A stretch of 58,467 nt of DNA from Octopus bimaculoides. Lineage: Eukaryota. Location of the stretch: NCBI RefSeq assembly GCF_001194135.2, contig NC_068983.1, positions 12,162,217 to 12,220,683 of the forward strand, read 5' to 3'. Each line of letters starts with the position of its first letter. Position 1 is the stretch's first letter. Below, in pieces: positions 26,975-38,890 of this stretch. Both the position numbers and the translations under genes were made by a program. Below the pieces are notes generated by a model, which made no database searches, had not been told where the DNA came from, and saw only the letters and a list, made by a program, of their open reading frames with translations.

Positions 26975-27435
26975 ATGAAAAAAATCAGAATTACAGAGGC
27001 ATCGATGAAACCAAAGAAGGTTTTAAAAGACAGCAGAGAGTCGAGAAAAGTGAAGGAAAATAATCGGGCGCCTGTTGGTGATAGTGAGGACAAAAGCTTA
27101 AGTAAAATGATGTAAGTATACACATAAAGAAAAGCGGTGGTAGTCACGATTGGGAAGCCCTTGATTAGAGGACTATTGTACCGAAGTTGACATACATTTG
27201 TCGCAAAGTGAGATTAAATTTCAGTGACAGGAGAAATGCTCATAGGTATAAACCAGTGTTTCTCAAAGAAGATATGGAAAATGTAAAGGCAGTGATCATT
27301 AGGGAGTCATTGAAATTAAATGGAGATGTGACAGAAAATGATTTAGTTAGTGGCACAATATCAATATTACAAGATGGAAAAGGAGTCACTGAACGACAAC
27401 TGTTGAAACACAATGGTATAACCACAGGATCATGA
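26975..27435 (+). pseudogene. Possible decayed LINE ORF1 with SGNH/GDSL esterase-like motifs
   Basis: Purine-rich broken frames giving VVVTIGKPLIRGL (cf. VIGDSLIRG) and DVTENDL (cf. HVGTNDL); both motifs are imperfect. Confidence 0.25.
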
Positions 27436-27725
27436 CAATGAGACATAAACCATGATCTCGTTATGGTAGGAAGCTATCGAAGCCACTCTAGAACTGCACC
27501 AAGCTCCATTCCGCTTCATTTCGGTACACGCCGGTACATTTCGGTACATTTCGGTATACTTCGCTACATTATTTTATAAAGCTAAAACCTACACAATCAT
27601 AAACACTTTATTCCTATCTTTCTCCAGCAGAGTACATCTGCACTGCTTACACACACAGACACACACAGACACAGACACAGACACAGACACACACACGAAA
27701 GCACGCACACTACATATACACACAT

Positions 27726-27773
<48 letters not shown>

Positions 27774-28225
27774 CAATATCAAATTACTTCCTTATTAATC
27801 ATTCATTATATCTTTTGTTGACCTCTATATGTTGTTGACTTCTATTTAGCTCTGAGCTAGGTGTAGTCACTATTGAAAGATGATAATTTTCAGTCTGATC
27901 AATTTTCATATATCATACTATCTATTAATTTGGTGCTCTGCTGCCCTTCTCGTTTTTTTTTTTTAATATTTTTTTTACTATTTCCATTCTTCATCGAAAG
28001 ACAACGATTCTGCTTCTATTATTTTCAGTTGTTTTCATACTACTTTTTCCTTCCATTCGAGTAATATTTTATTTTTGCATTTTATTTTTACCGTCTTTCT
28101 AATTTACATTTATGTGTGTTAATGGAATTTATGTTGTGGAAAGAATCATTGATGCGCCTTGCACCTCCTCCGCAAAATATTTTACACTTTTGATGAACGT
28201 TTGAAACGTGAAAATATTATTACTG

Positions 28226-28316
<91 letters not shown>

Positions 28317-28489
28317 TGAGTGTAATTTTCTATGCGTACTTGATTTGAATTGGAATTTTGTTGGTGTTTCCAAACATTTAACGATTACGTCGATAAAAAA
28401 CGATACTCTTCATTGCTGTGAAAGAAGTATATGTCTCGGTCTCTACCTTTCTGATTCTGTCTGTCTGTCTGTCTGTCTGTCTGATTCTC

Positions 28490-28650
28490 TATATGTCTCT
28501 CTGTTTATTTGTTCGTGTTCCTTTCTGCTGAAGAGCGCAGGCTCGAAACGTAAATGACTTTCTCACCTTACCCAGCGTTAAACTAATACACCTGTTTGTT
28601 GTTTACACACCTGTCCTCGTCTTTTGTTCTCTTGTAAATTCCAACTATAT
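28490..28650 (+). mobile_element. ~150-bp dispersed repeat carrying a hammerhead-like motif (H1), copy 1
   Basis: Homologous to 43075-43222 (+) and 36887-37020 (-); flanked by microsatellites. Confidence 0.75.
28521..28556 (+). ncRNA. Minimal type-I hammerhead-like motif H1
   Basis: CTTT-CTGCTGA-A-GAGC-GCAG-GCTC-GAAA-CGTA-AATG: stem I, core with A6 to C, 4-bp stem II, GAAA, palindromic ACGT stem III, GUA site. Confidence 0.55.
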
Positions 28651-28742
28651 ATATATATATATATATGTGTGTGTATGTGTATGTGTATGTGTCTATACTT
28701 ATATATATACACACACTTATATATATACACAAACATATAACG

Positions 28743-28817
<75 letters not shown>

Positions 28818-28919
28818 GTTAAATAGAAGTTATTTGGAAACAAGGTCATGAAGAACAACGGAACAATTTCAGATGGAGGTGCTGGGGAATCAATATTGTG
28901 AGTTGCGTAAAACTCATCA

Positions 28920-29522
28920 GGGGCTCTAGCGAGTGTGATGGGTGTTCGAGTCGCTACTATCACTCGTACAAGAGGCACAAGGGATACATTCTGACAGCCA
29001 AGGTCAAGGAGAACCGCTTGACAATCGGAAGGAGCTCTTGAACAAGCTGGGGCATCCTGTTTAGCCAGGGATGATCTGGTTCTTCTCACACGAAAAGAAG
29101 TTCTGCTTGGACTAATTCCTCAAGGCACAAAACAACAGGGGACTTGCCTACAATCCATGTGATGTCCCGCGTATCAGGAAAACCAAGTTTCCCAAAGTGT
29201 GATAGTCTTCGAGTGTGTTTCCAATGAGAGTGACGTCATGTCGCCACACGTCTATGAAAAGAGACTTAGACTCAATTCAGACGGTTATGTGAAACGGCTG
29301 GAGTCTGTGATCAAATCCTGATTCGACTCTTTGCCATATCTCAAGAGTCAGAAGTGGTTATTGGTGAATTTCTACAATTTCACTAGTCTCAGTTTCTAGC
29401 CTCCTAACTGCCACGATTGTAATCCCATGGATTATAGTGAAAGTGCGGTTGAGAAAAACGTCAGTCGCTCTGCCTGCAACACAGAGGCCAGGCTGGGGGC
29501 CATGATGAAAGTTGTATTTTAA
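28920..29522 (+). mobile_element. Tc1/mariner DD37D (maT-like) transposase relic
   Basis: Broken frames: LNKLGHP..MIWFFSHEKKFC..AYNPCDVPRIRKTKFP..VFECVSNESDVMSPH..RLNSDGYV..KSQKWL..PPNCHDCNPMDY, matching the FSDEK and WPPNSPDxNPxDY motifs. Confidence 0.85.
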
Positions 29523-29715
29523 TCGAGAGCAAATGTATTGCAATTTTAGTCAGCATGTTTAATGAAAAGATTAAATTGCCCAAATATATGAACAATCATG
29601 TGAGAAGAAAGCTAGAAAGTGCGCAATGCTAACAATTGGTTAAAATTTCGCAAAATTCTTTTCTCCAACCCTCTTATCTAGATCTGCTTATCCTATCCAC
29701 CAGAAGCTACAGAAA

Positions 29716-29954
29716 AGGCGGCGAGCTAGCAGAAACGCTAGCATGCCGGGCGAAATGCTTAGCGGTATTTCTTCTGTCTTTACGTTCTGAGTTCAAATTC
29801 CGCCGAGGTCGACTTTGCCTTTCATCCTTTCGGAGTCGATAAATTAAGTACCAGTTACGCACTGGGGTTGATGTAATCAACTTAATCCCTTTGTCTGTCC
29901 TTGTTTGTCTCCTCTATGTTTAGCCCATTGTGGGCAATAAAGAAAAAAGAAATA
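29716..29954 (+). mobile_element. Full-length SINE family B with 14-bp TSD
   Basis: A-box-like TAGCAGAAACGCTAG, B box GAGTTCAAATTCC, TSD AGAAGCTACAGAAA at 29702-29715 and 29955-29968. Confidence 0.95.
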
Positions 29955-31806
29955 AGAAGCTACAGAAATGTATTCAAAGCGTTAAAAATTATTCTTTTGA
30001 AATACATCAGTGGCGCATTATGTCTATGCGTGTGTGCAAGCTTCATGTTTCTTCTGGTTCGTGCGTAGCTGTAATCAGCTGTGTGTGTATGTATTTGTAT
30101 GTTCGTGCATGTTTGTATGTACGACGCGAGCGCCTGTGTGCGTGTTTGCGTGCGCGACTTGTAAATGATGTAGCAACGTAAATAGCGCGGAATATGAGCA
30201 CACACGATACGAGCTATTAAATAATTTACAGTTGACCTTTACCTGCGCTGACCGGATCCCTTCAGCGAAAAATTTTTAACTGAAGCCACAGGCAACACAC
30301 TATATGTTTGTAATGAGGCAATTACATATATATGAAGCAATGCCCCCTTCATAGCTGTGCATGTAATATAACATTAGTCATCAACGGGGAATTGCTAAAC
30401 AATTTCAGACTTCCTGAAAATTATTACAAAAAAAAAAAAAACGAACAAACGAAACAAAACAAAAACATGATGGATGTTCAGCGTGATATAATATTTTGTT
30501 AACCATGTAGACGAGTAAAACAGCTACAATGTCTAAAAACGAGGAACTAAAAATAAAAGTGAACGAAAATATAACTAAACTAATATTTAAAAAAACGTAA
30601 AGGAACAAATGAATACATTTAGTACAATCAATTTCCCATTCCAGTGAGTTGCCAAGAGATATATGCTTTTTAAGTAACATTTCTCTGATAACATTGATTT
30701 CGTCATTAGGCAGACAGCCAATGTTTGTGCTGAGAGGTGGGTCGGTGCAGCCGGCTGGATCGATTCTGGTATATATAACTGTGTTATTTTTTCCTCAAAT
30801 GTTAAGGGGATTAAAGGGAAGGGATTTCTTGTGAGATTTGAACCAAGAAATGGCATAAATAAAGAATATGATAATTTTTTGAATGATTAAACTCATGTTT
30901 CTCTATTGAAAATGTCTTTCTTTAGTATTTTAATCAACACTATGGTTCAATCAGTTTGATCCTTTCTCAACATCAATTACTTATTCACGGATAGGTAAAT
31001 CGATTACAGAAAAGTTCGAGTCAGAAACCAATATTTCGAAATTTAGAGCAATAAGGTGCTTATAGACTTCGTCGCAGGAGCATGTACAAGGGTAAAAGTC
31101 AGAACAGGTAACATTGGTGTGGGTTAAGATCGGCACCAATGTGTATTTCAAGTAAGTTTAGCTCCTCTGAATCGGCCGAGAAGCATTTGACATTTCAGAT
31201 TAAAATCCTTCCTCACAGCACTAATTACGTGGTCACGTCTTTGAAGGAGTTTGTGCGAAACGACTAACGGTTTCACTCCTCAGATAACTAAACTTATTGA
31301 CATCTATCGAACATTTTTAGATTTTGTTTACAATTAATTTTATACTTAACTTATTTCCTAGGTCACATTAATCTTATTAACACTTCAGCTCAGGCATGCA
31401 CAGTATGAACACCGGAAGTATATCATCATGTACACCAACTGCCTTCTTTACTAATATAATGTAAGTAAAATCCAAAAATATTTGATAGATGTTAATAAGT
31501 TTAGTTACTTTCTAATCGATTAAAAGCTAAATTCCTGCCGCATGCACTGATGTACCTATTGGTGTCAGTGTTCGCTTATTTTCATATGTCTATCAATGCA
31601 ATTGTCTCTCTATGGTCAGTCATATGTATTTATATGAGTTGGAATGCAGTCAATGTGTTATCATACATATGTTTAGTGCAACACATCTAGTTTTGAATGT
31701 ATGGGCTTAGTTCCGGATACAGTGCTCTGTATGCCATTAGGATAATTCCTCTCTAAATATGTATACGTTTGAATCTATATAACAGTAGAAACAACATCTA
31801 CATCTA

Positions 31807-32039
31807 TAAGGCGGCGAGCTGGCAGAAACGTTAGCACACCGGGCGAAATGCTTAGCAGTATTTCGTCTGCCGTTGCGCTCTGAGTTCAAATTCCGCCGAG
31901 GTCGACTTTGCCTTTTTTCCTTTCGGGGTCCATTAAATAAGTACCAGTTACGCCCAGGGAACTTGTAATCGACTTTATCCGTTTATTTCTCCTTTTTTGT
32001 CCCCTCTGTGTGTAGCCCCTTGTGAACAGTAAAGAAATA
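31807..32039 (+). mobile_element. Full-length SINE family B with 15-bp TSD
   Basis: TSD AGAAACAACATCTAC at 31787-31801 and 32040-32054. Confidence 0.95.
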
Positions 32040-33303
32040 AGAAACAACATCTACGTCTGTTCAAAACCTTCTCTTGTATGACATCAAGAAATACGATGCA
32101 AAATATTCTTTGCAACGTGGTTTCTGTATATGTCACCTTAGTTCCGTGCACTAATACAATGTGATATATATAGTTACACAAAAGAGGATAGACACCAACG
32201 GTCTTCCCTTGAAGCATCCCCAAATACTCTGTCAACAACTGTAATCAATCCAAAACAACTCTCAAGAACTATAACAACTTCTCAACAATTTCCTGCGACT
32301 CCACGAACTCACGAACGACACCGTTCGATTTCAGGCGAATTGTTATCTCTCGCTCTCAGTCAAACGCGCTGCTACTTATACGAGTTCGGATAGTCCATTC
32401 TCACAGGGGGTGTCATGATTCTCACCATAACACTATTGCAGCCAAATATAGAGGAAAGTGACACGTAACTGAAGCACTATAACGGTTTGTCTCCTCAGAG
32501 GTAAATATCTCAAAAAAGCTTTGGGTGCTTGACCGATAGCATCATTGGCATCACATCAGAGAGCTACATGGAACTGCTAAAGAGCTCCACAAGTGTTGGC
32601 TCTTTGTGTGTATACTTACACCATAAACTCAACACCGAACATTGTGCTCTTTCCAAAATACATATATAAATATACACATACGCACACATATATACATATC
32701 TAAATGCATACATATGTAAGGATCGTGCGATGGCTCTCTAGTAAATCACACAGTCGATACAATAAATATAAATTGAATAGTACATATAAGTGCCAGAGGG
32801 AAAAAGGAGACAACCGCGTAGAATGATTAAGAGAAGAGTTATTGGTATCTTAACATGTGTGTCTGTGTGTGCGTCATGTATACAGAATAATAAACAGGCC
32901 GTCATGAGAACAAATATGTGTGTATATAAGCATAGATGTATACGTGTGTTGAGAACATATAAGAATGGTAATGAAGTAGAAAATAGTGAAAGAGTCTATA
33001 TCCATCGAAGTGTGAAGTTCATAGACACAAGAAAGAGAATACCAGTTCGTCGTCAATTGTACAGGGTAGTTGAAATACTGTATTAAGAATACGCGGCCAT
33101 GATGTTGAGCCGGTTACTGGTACAGGTCGTACGTGAAGTCGTGGCGGTGATGCTGCTGCTTGGATCCCTTGATACAAGAGTTCTTGCAGGTTTTATAATC
33201 GCTGTTGACCCATGGTGTTGTAATTCACGAGCAGTGAAGTGTCGGAAGCGAGTTGCTTGCTGAGCTGTGTACGGAGAGAGATGATGTTGAGAACGTTAAG
33301 GAC

Positions 33304-33474
33304 ATGAGGATGGTGATGAAGACGGAGGTTACCAAAATGCTGTTGGACGAAATTGGTAAGTCTCAACGTGAAGTGGTGTTTTCTGACTGGCATTGTCGCT
33401 GGAACTGGCTGTGTCTTTATGGTCAGTGGCTAGACATTAAAAGGTCTGAAGCCAAAAGACCTCGAAACGAGGAG
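33304..33474 (+). CDS. Candidate first coding exon (MRMVMKTEVTKMLLDEIG..KRPRNEE)
   Basis: Open frame with two consensus donors, TTG|GTAAGT (33355/33356) and GAG|GTGAGT (33474/33475). Competes with a minus-strand promoter reading. Confidence 0.3.
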
Positions 33475-33479
33475 GTGAG

Positions 33480-33600
33480 TTTTTATAAGGAACAGTAGGT
33501 TCAAACGGTGATGTGAACAGGTTGTCCCACGTGGTCTTAGTTATACGCAGCACTTGGCGCAATCGCGTAAGAGACAAATTGCGCAATACCAACCAATCAG
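33480..33600 (-). promoter_or_regulatory. Pol II promoter-like motif cluster
   Basis: TATAAAAA on minus (33480-33487), E-box CACGTG 33528-33533, C/EBP palindrome ATTGCGCAAT 33578-33587 plus a near copy at 33554-33563, CCAATCAG 33593-33600, in CpG-retaining DNA. Confidence 0.45.
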
Positions 33601-34634
33601 AGTAGTGGACACAACGGGATCCAAATAGCGGCCAAAGGCTAGATGTTACTTGCTACGTTCGAATGCACGTATATATAATAAAGGAAGAGAGGAATTTCAG
33701 AGTGTACGCTACATATATACGCTACACATACATATGTCCAAGCGAAAATATATAAATGCCCATAAATATATATATATATACTAATGCACCACTATATAAG
33801 TGTTAGCATACATATATTACTTGTCCCTATGTGATATACATAATTCAGTATTTAATTGCAAATCTATAATGAAAATAACAAAACAAAAGAATATTTCTAC
33901 ATTTCCCATTTGTAACGAATAATCAAATTTCTAGTCATATTGAAATACTGACGACTGCGTTCCCTAATTTGAAGTTATTTATGATCTTTTCGAAATTTTA
34001 CCTCACATTATAGACAAAAATAAATATTGATTGCAGTTGAATTACTTTCTTCATTTGCAGACCAAACATTTCTTCTGGTAAAATAAATTATCGAAAAGTA
34101 TCCAATAAATATCGTAATCTATAATTTTCTATCAGGTCTTTGAAATTATCAACGTGCAGTTGTTCATCACACATACATATACACTATACAGCATTTATAT
34201 ATTATGGTATTAATGCAGGATTAAAAATGATATTAACAATAGTTCCTTTAAAATAAATATATTTTTTACCATCTGTAATATATTTTATTCAGATATGACA
34301 CTCGGGATAATATATTTGAAGTAATGCAGCAGGGAAAAGATTATCCGAAAAGAAACAATAATTTATTATGATTTTAATATTAATGTTACCGTATTATTTT
34401 CTTTTTTCATATTCTATAAGCACATTTCAGCATTATCATTACAAAATCTATTGCTTTTATGTAATCAAGTGTAATAGAAGGAATTATTACTATTGCATGA
34501 ACAATGAAAATTTATGATCTAGCCTTCAGAATTGCACTATCCCACGCAATTGCATACATACCTACCTACACACATAGATGCATGAGAATATATAGTTACA
34601 AACGCCCACACACACATACACACATACACACAGA

Positions 34635-34670
<36 letters not shown>

Positions 34671-34778
34671 AACAAACACACACACACACACATATATATA
34701 TCAACTAACTAAGCATACATTTATGTATATATATATATGCGGATATACATATATGCATAAATAGATAGATACATACAT

Positions 34779-34809
<31 letters not shown>

Positions 34810-35370
34810 NNNNNNNNNNNNNNNNNNNNNNNNNNNNNNNNNNNNNNNNNNNNNNNNNNNNNNNNNNNNNNNNNNNNNNNNNNNNNNNNNNNNNNNNNNN
34901 NNNNNNNNNNNNNNNNNNNNNNNNNNNNNNNNNNNNNNNNNNNNNNNNNNNNNNNNNNNNNNNNNNNNNNNNNNNNNNNNNNNNNNNNNNNNNNNNNNNN
35001 NNNNNNNNNNNNNNNNNNNNNNNNNNNNNNNNNNNNNNTATATATATATATATATATATATATATCTGTATGTGTGTGTGTGGGTGTGTGTGTATTTATG
35101 TATATATGTATGTATGTATAATATATATATGCATACATGCAGTGAAATCAGTCTTGGGAGCAGGTGCTAGCCAACCGAAATTCTGAAATATACGGCTATA
35201 ATTCAACTTATGTATACACATACACATGCATACATTACATTACATATATAAATATAATATATATATCTATATATGTATATCGTCTTTAGAAATACATAAT
35301 TCCGGAGAAGCACTCTCTAAGAAGTAGAGCAGTCTATAAATCTATATTTTTTCTAGTGATGGCCGGTTTA

Positions 35371-35433
35371 TGGGGTTACCCTGGGGTTCCCATCCATAAA
35401 GGGTTTAACTTTATGGCTCATCTTTAGACTCCA
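35371..35433 (-). ncRNA. Hammerhead-like motif H3, inverted copy
   Basis: TGGAGT-CTAAAGA-TGAG-CCATAAAG-TTAAACC-CTTTATGG-ATGG-GAAC-CCCAGGG-TA-ACCCCA. Confidence 0.45.
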
Positions 35434-35924
35434 AGATCTGTTGGCTTATGGCCCCTTCAAAGTATGAAGGGGAAAAATCTGGATCATCTCCCTTTGCCAA
35501 TGGCTGTCGACTTCGCGCTGCGATGCCAATAATCAGCTATGAGTGTAAACAGTAAGGGATTATCTCCCTTTCTCGTTAGCCATCAACTTTCCGGCGGCTT
35601 CCTAAAGGCACCAATGCCAGGAACCCCTGCACCAACACTAGCAGCCCCAGCAGCAACATCATCAGTAGCAACATCAACAGCATCAACAACATCAACAGCA
35701 TCAACAGCGACATCATCGACGACAGGAACGACGGCAACAACATCAACAGCAGCAGCAACAATGACATCGTCAGCGTCAACAGTTGCAGCAGCAACAGCAG
35801 CAGCAGCAGCAGCGGCAGCAATGGCAACAACAACAATAATAGGTACACCACCGACATCGCACGTCCACGGAAATATACTGGTTGTACCGGAAATTCATTC
35901 AAGAAACCATGGATCTTCTTTCAG

Positions 35925-36273
35925 GCGTGGCACCTTGGGCAAGTGTCTTCCGCGATAGCCTCGGGCCGACCAAAGCCTTCTGAGTGGATTTGGTAAACGG
36001 AAACTGAAAGACGCCCGTCGTATATATGTATATGTATATATATATATGTGTGTGTTTATGTGTCTGTGCTTGTCCCCCCAACACCGCTTGACAACCGATC
36101 CTAGTGTGTTTATGTACCCGTAACTTAGTGGTTCGGCAAGAGAGACCGATAGAATAAGTACTAGGCATCCAAAGAATAAGTCCAGGGGTCGATTTTCTCG
36201 ACTAATGGTGGTGCTCCAGCATGGCCGCAGTCAAATGACTGAAACGAGTAAAAAGAGTAAAGAGACTAAAGAG
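35925..36273 (+). mobile_element. 5'-truncated SINE family A inserted into the PLE endonuclease
   Basis: GCGTGGCACCTTGGGCAAG..GTCAAATGACTGAAAC; splits the GIY-YIG frame. Confidence 0.9.
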
Positions 36274-36511
36274 TCTTCGAAAGGAGAAACTTAACATCGC
36301 TGGGCAGCCACGTCTGGCAATTAAAAGACGACGGAGTTGCACACTCGATCTCATGGAACATCCTCGAAAATCCAGGCTCCTACATTGACGGAACGAAACG
36401 CTGCAAGCCGAGCATAGCCGAACGCACGAGAATACTTAGGGACTCACTCGAGCCAGGGACTAAACTTAACTCCAGAACGGAGATTTTAGGGCCATGTTTG
36501 CCAACAGGTCT

Positions 36512-36574
36512 TGGAGTCTAAAGAAACTCCATAAAGTAAATCCCTTTATGGACAAGAAATCCAGGGTAACCCCA
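36512..36574 (+). ncRNA. Hammerhead-like motif H3 at the PLE ORF stop
   Basis: TGGAGT-CTAAAGA-AACT-CCATAAAG-TAAATCC-CTTTATGG-ACAA-GAAA-TCCAGGG-TA-ACCCCA. Stem I 5/6 paired, 8-bp stem II, GUA site. G5 is A and the base of stem II is non-canonical. Confidence 0.5.
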
Positions 36575-36591
36575 TAAACCGGCCTTCACTA

Positions 36592-36639
<48 letters not shown>

Positions 36640-36851
36640 GTATATATATGTATGTATGTATGTATTGGGTCATCCCATAAATAATGTAATTTTTTTATAC
36701 GTTTACCTTTCAAAATTAAGATAAACAAAGTCCCTTTTCAATTTAAAATATACTCTGTTTCATTTTCTGCAATACTCTTCAATCTATCTGGTAGAATTGC
36801 AAGGTGGCGGTTCAGAGGAAATCTTTAATGACCCCCCCCCCCCCCGTGTGT

Positions 36852-36886
<35 letters not shown>

Positions 36887-36889
<3 letters not shown>

Positions 36890-37020
36890 TTCAAATTTAT
36901 AGAAAAACAAAGACGAAGACAGATGTAGAAACAACAACCAAGTGTATTAGTTTGACACTCGGGAGAAATAGCAAATTCTTTTACATTTAAAGCCTACGCT
37001 CTTCACAGAAAGGAACGTAC
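36887..37020 (-). mobile_element. H1 hammerhead-repeat, copy 3
   Basis: Minus strand CTTTCTGTGAAGAGCGTAGGCTTTAAATGTAAAAG..AAACTAATACAC..CTGTCTTCGTCTTTG. Confidence 0.7.
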
Positions 37021-37193
37021 ATAAATACACATTAATTTATATATACAAACGCATATTCGTAAGTAAACATACGTATATATGCACATTCATGCACATATAC
37101 TAATTTTTAACTACAGTACAAGCATGGAGATAACACATTCTATTTATCTTCATACATATATACATTCATACATACATACTTGCCTACCCCTCT

Positions 37194-37350
<157 letters not shown>

Positions 37351-37937
37351 TGCTCATATTCTTTTTGCTGCGTGGCATAACTAGAGAAGTATCTCAGTAA
37401 CAAAGCTTAAAATGTGCTAGATCTTTAAGGCGAACAATAAGAAGCGTGTCGAAGTAACATTTGATATATCTGTTTACCGTATCTCATAAGTTAGTCTCAA
37501 CATATTTAATTCAGGGAATTATAAAAAGCTAGCCAGAAATAATTCTGTGATGGAGAGAAAGCAAAATTTCTTTGAACATGTTTTTGTATTATAATAACCT
37601 CGTCAGTGACGTAAGAACTTCATTGTGTTTGCCAAAGTTTATCTGGCAGGAATATAATTATTATATCATCTGAGAAAAATATCCTTTGTGTATATTTACC
37701 ACTTGCCTTTGATACATGTTATGCTATATATACTACTGGCAAGTATAAATATAAGGCTTTCTAGACGATTGCGATAATAGCTTGGAACGTAATTTTACAG
37801 GTTGAATGCAGTTAACTAATTAGTTATAATCAATATCTATGTAATATCTTCAATTTTTGCTTTCCAAGTTTCTCTGGGACATTGGATTGTGGGCTTACAA
37901 TGTTGCTTGAGTACTTAGTGTTAATATTTTATGTAAA

Positions 37938-38165
37938 TAAGGCGGTAAGCTGGCATAATCGTTAGCAAACTGGGAAAAATTCTTAGCAGCATTTCGTCCG
38001 TCGTCTGTCTTTGTGTTCTGAGCTCAAATTCCGCCGATGTCGACTTTGCCTTTCATCCTTTCGGGATCAATGAAATAAGTACTAGTAGAGTATTGGGTTT
38101 AATGTTATCGATTTACTCCCTCCACTGAAATTGCTGGCTTTTTGCCAAAATTTGGAATCAATATT
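37938..38165 (+). mobile_element. Older SINE family B subtype
   Basis: Same head and GTCGACTTTGCCTTTCATCCTTTCG core, but a different tail (..CCAAAATTTGGAATCAAT). Confidence 0.8.
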
Positions 38166-38589
38166 TCATGAAACTGTATTTCACTTATAGTGAGAAATAT
38201 TAGATACATAACATAACTTACACGATACTTTATACTGAGAATATTATGTAATATTGCTTTTTAATAGGATTGCTAGGACTTGATTTGTAAGGAAGAGGAG
38301 AGTATATAGTCGCTTATATATTCTGCAGTCCTCGATGGCAAATATATTTTACTGACATCTGAACAATGAAAGACAAAATTTTCCGCAGAAGACGTAAGCT
38401 TAGAACTCTGACTAAAGTGTCACAAAGCTTGAAAGGGGAAGGTAGAGTGGAGAGGGAAATTCTTCCCCCCCACTCTCCAACTATTTTGTTAAAAGGTGAG
38501 TGAACGTTGCAAGAATGGCCCAAGCGAATGGGCCTACTCTAAGCATGCGCCTGTACACAAAATGGAAAGGGCACATACCCTGGTGGTCA

Positions 38590-38890
38590 GTACTATTGTG
38601 GACTTGTGGGGTTTTCGTGAGCAGTCCTAAGAGGTCTCCCGCTCTTGGAGAATTTTTGATTTTATTTGATAATATTCGACTTTTCTTTCTTCCTTATCGC
38701 ATACCTTGTTGTCAGCTGGGCATGCTATATCTATGATACAGCATAGTTTACTTTCTTCATCAATTAACACTATGTCTGGTTTCCTATGTTTTATCTCATG
38801 GTCGCACTGAATCATAAAATCCCACAGGATCTTTGCATTTCTGAAGTTACAGCGTTTCGGCGAAATTCTCCAAAGAAAATCGACCATAAC
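38590..38890 (-). mobile_element. R4/Dong-type non-LTR retrotransposon RLE endonuclease fragment
   Basis: KILWDFMIQCDHEIKHRKPDIVLIDEESKLCCIIDIACPADNKVCDKEERKVEYY contains the WD..I..D..RPD..IIDIA.P.D..KE..K..Y motif. Confidence 0.85.

Larger units (their letters stand above)
35352..36593 (+). mobile_element. Penelope-like element 3' part (C-terminal GIY-YIG endonuclease, Neptune-like) with an inverted terminal copy
   Basis: One broken + frame gives IISYEC..GIIS (cf. KISYSC), then KYTGCTGNSFKKPW (YIG motif), and after a SINE insert TSLGSHVWQLKD..SWNIL..KRC..LNSRTEIL..C. 35352-35455 is an inverted copy of 36488-36593. Confidence 0.8.

Noticed and set aside
33443-33473. CTGAAGC..GAAAC with two overlapping hairpins
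   Set aside because: The core lacks A9 and the hairpins sequester the core strings, so it is not a hammerhead fold.
35539-35958. Ala/Thr/Ser-rich 139-aa ORF with an apparent acceptor at 35579, as a host exon
   Set aside because: A different frame carries the PLE motifs on both sides of the repeat and the ORF ends inside a SINE, so it is best explained as an alternative frame of the expansion.
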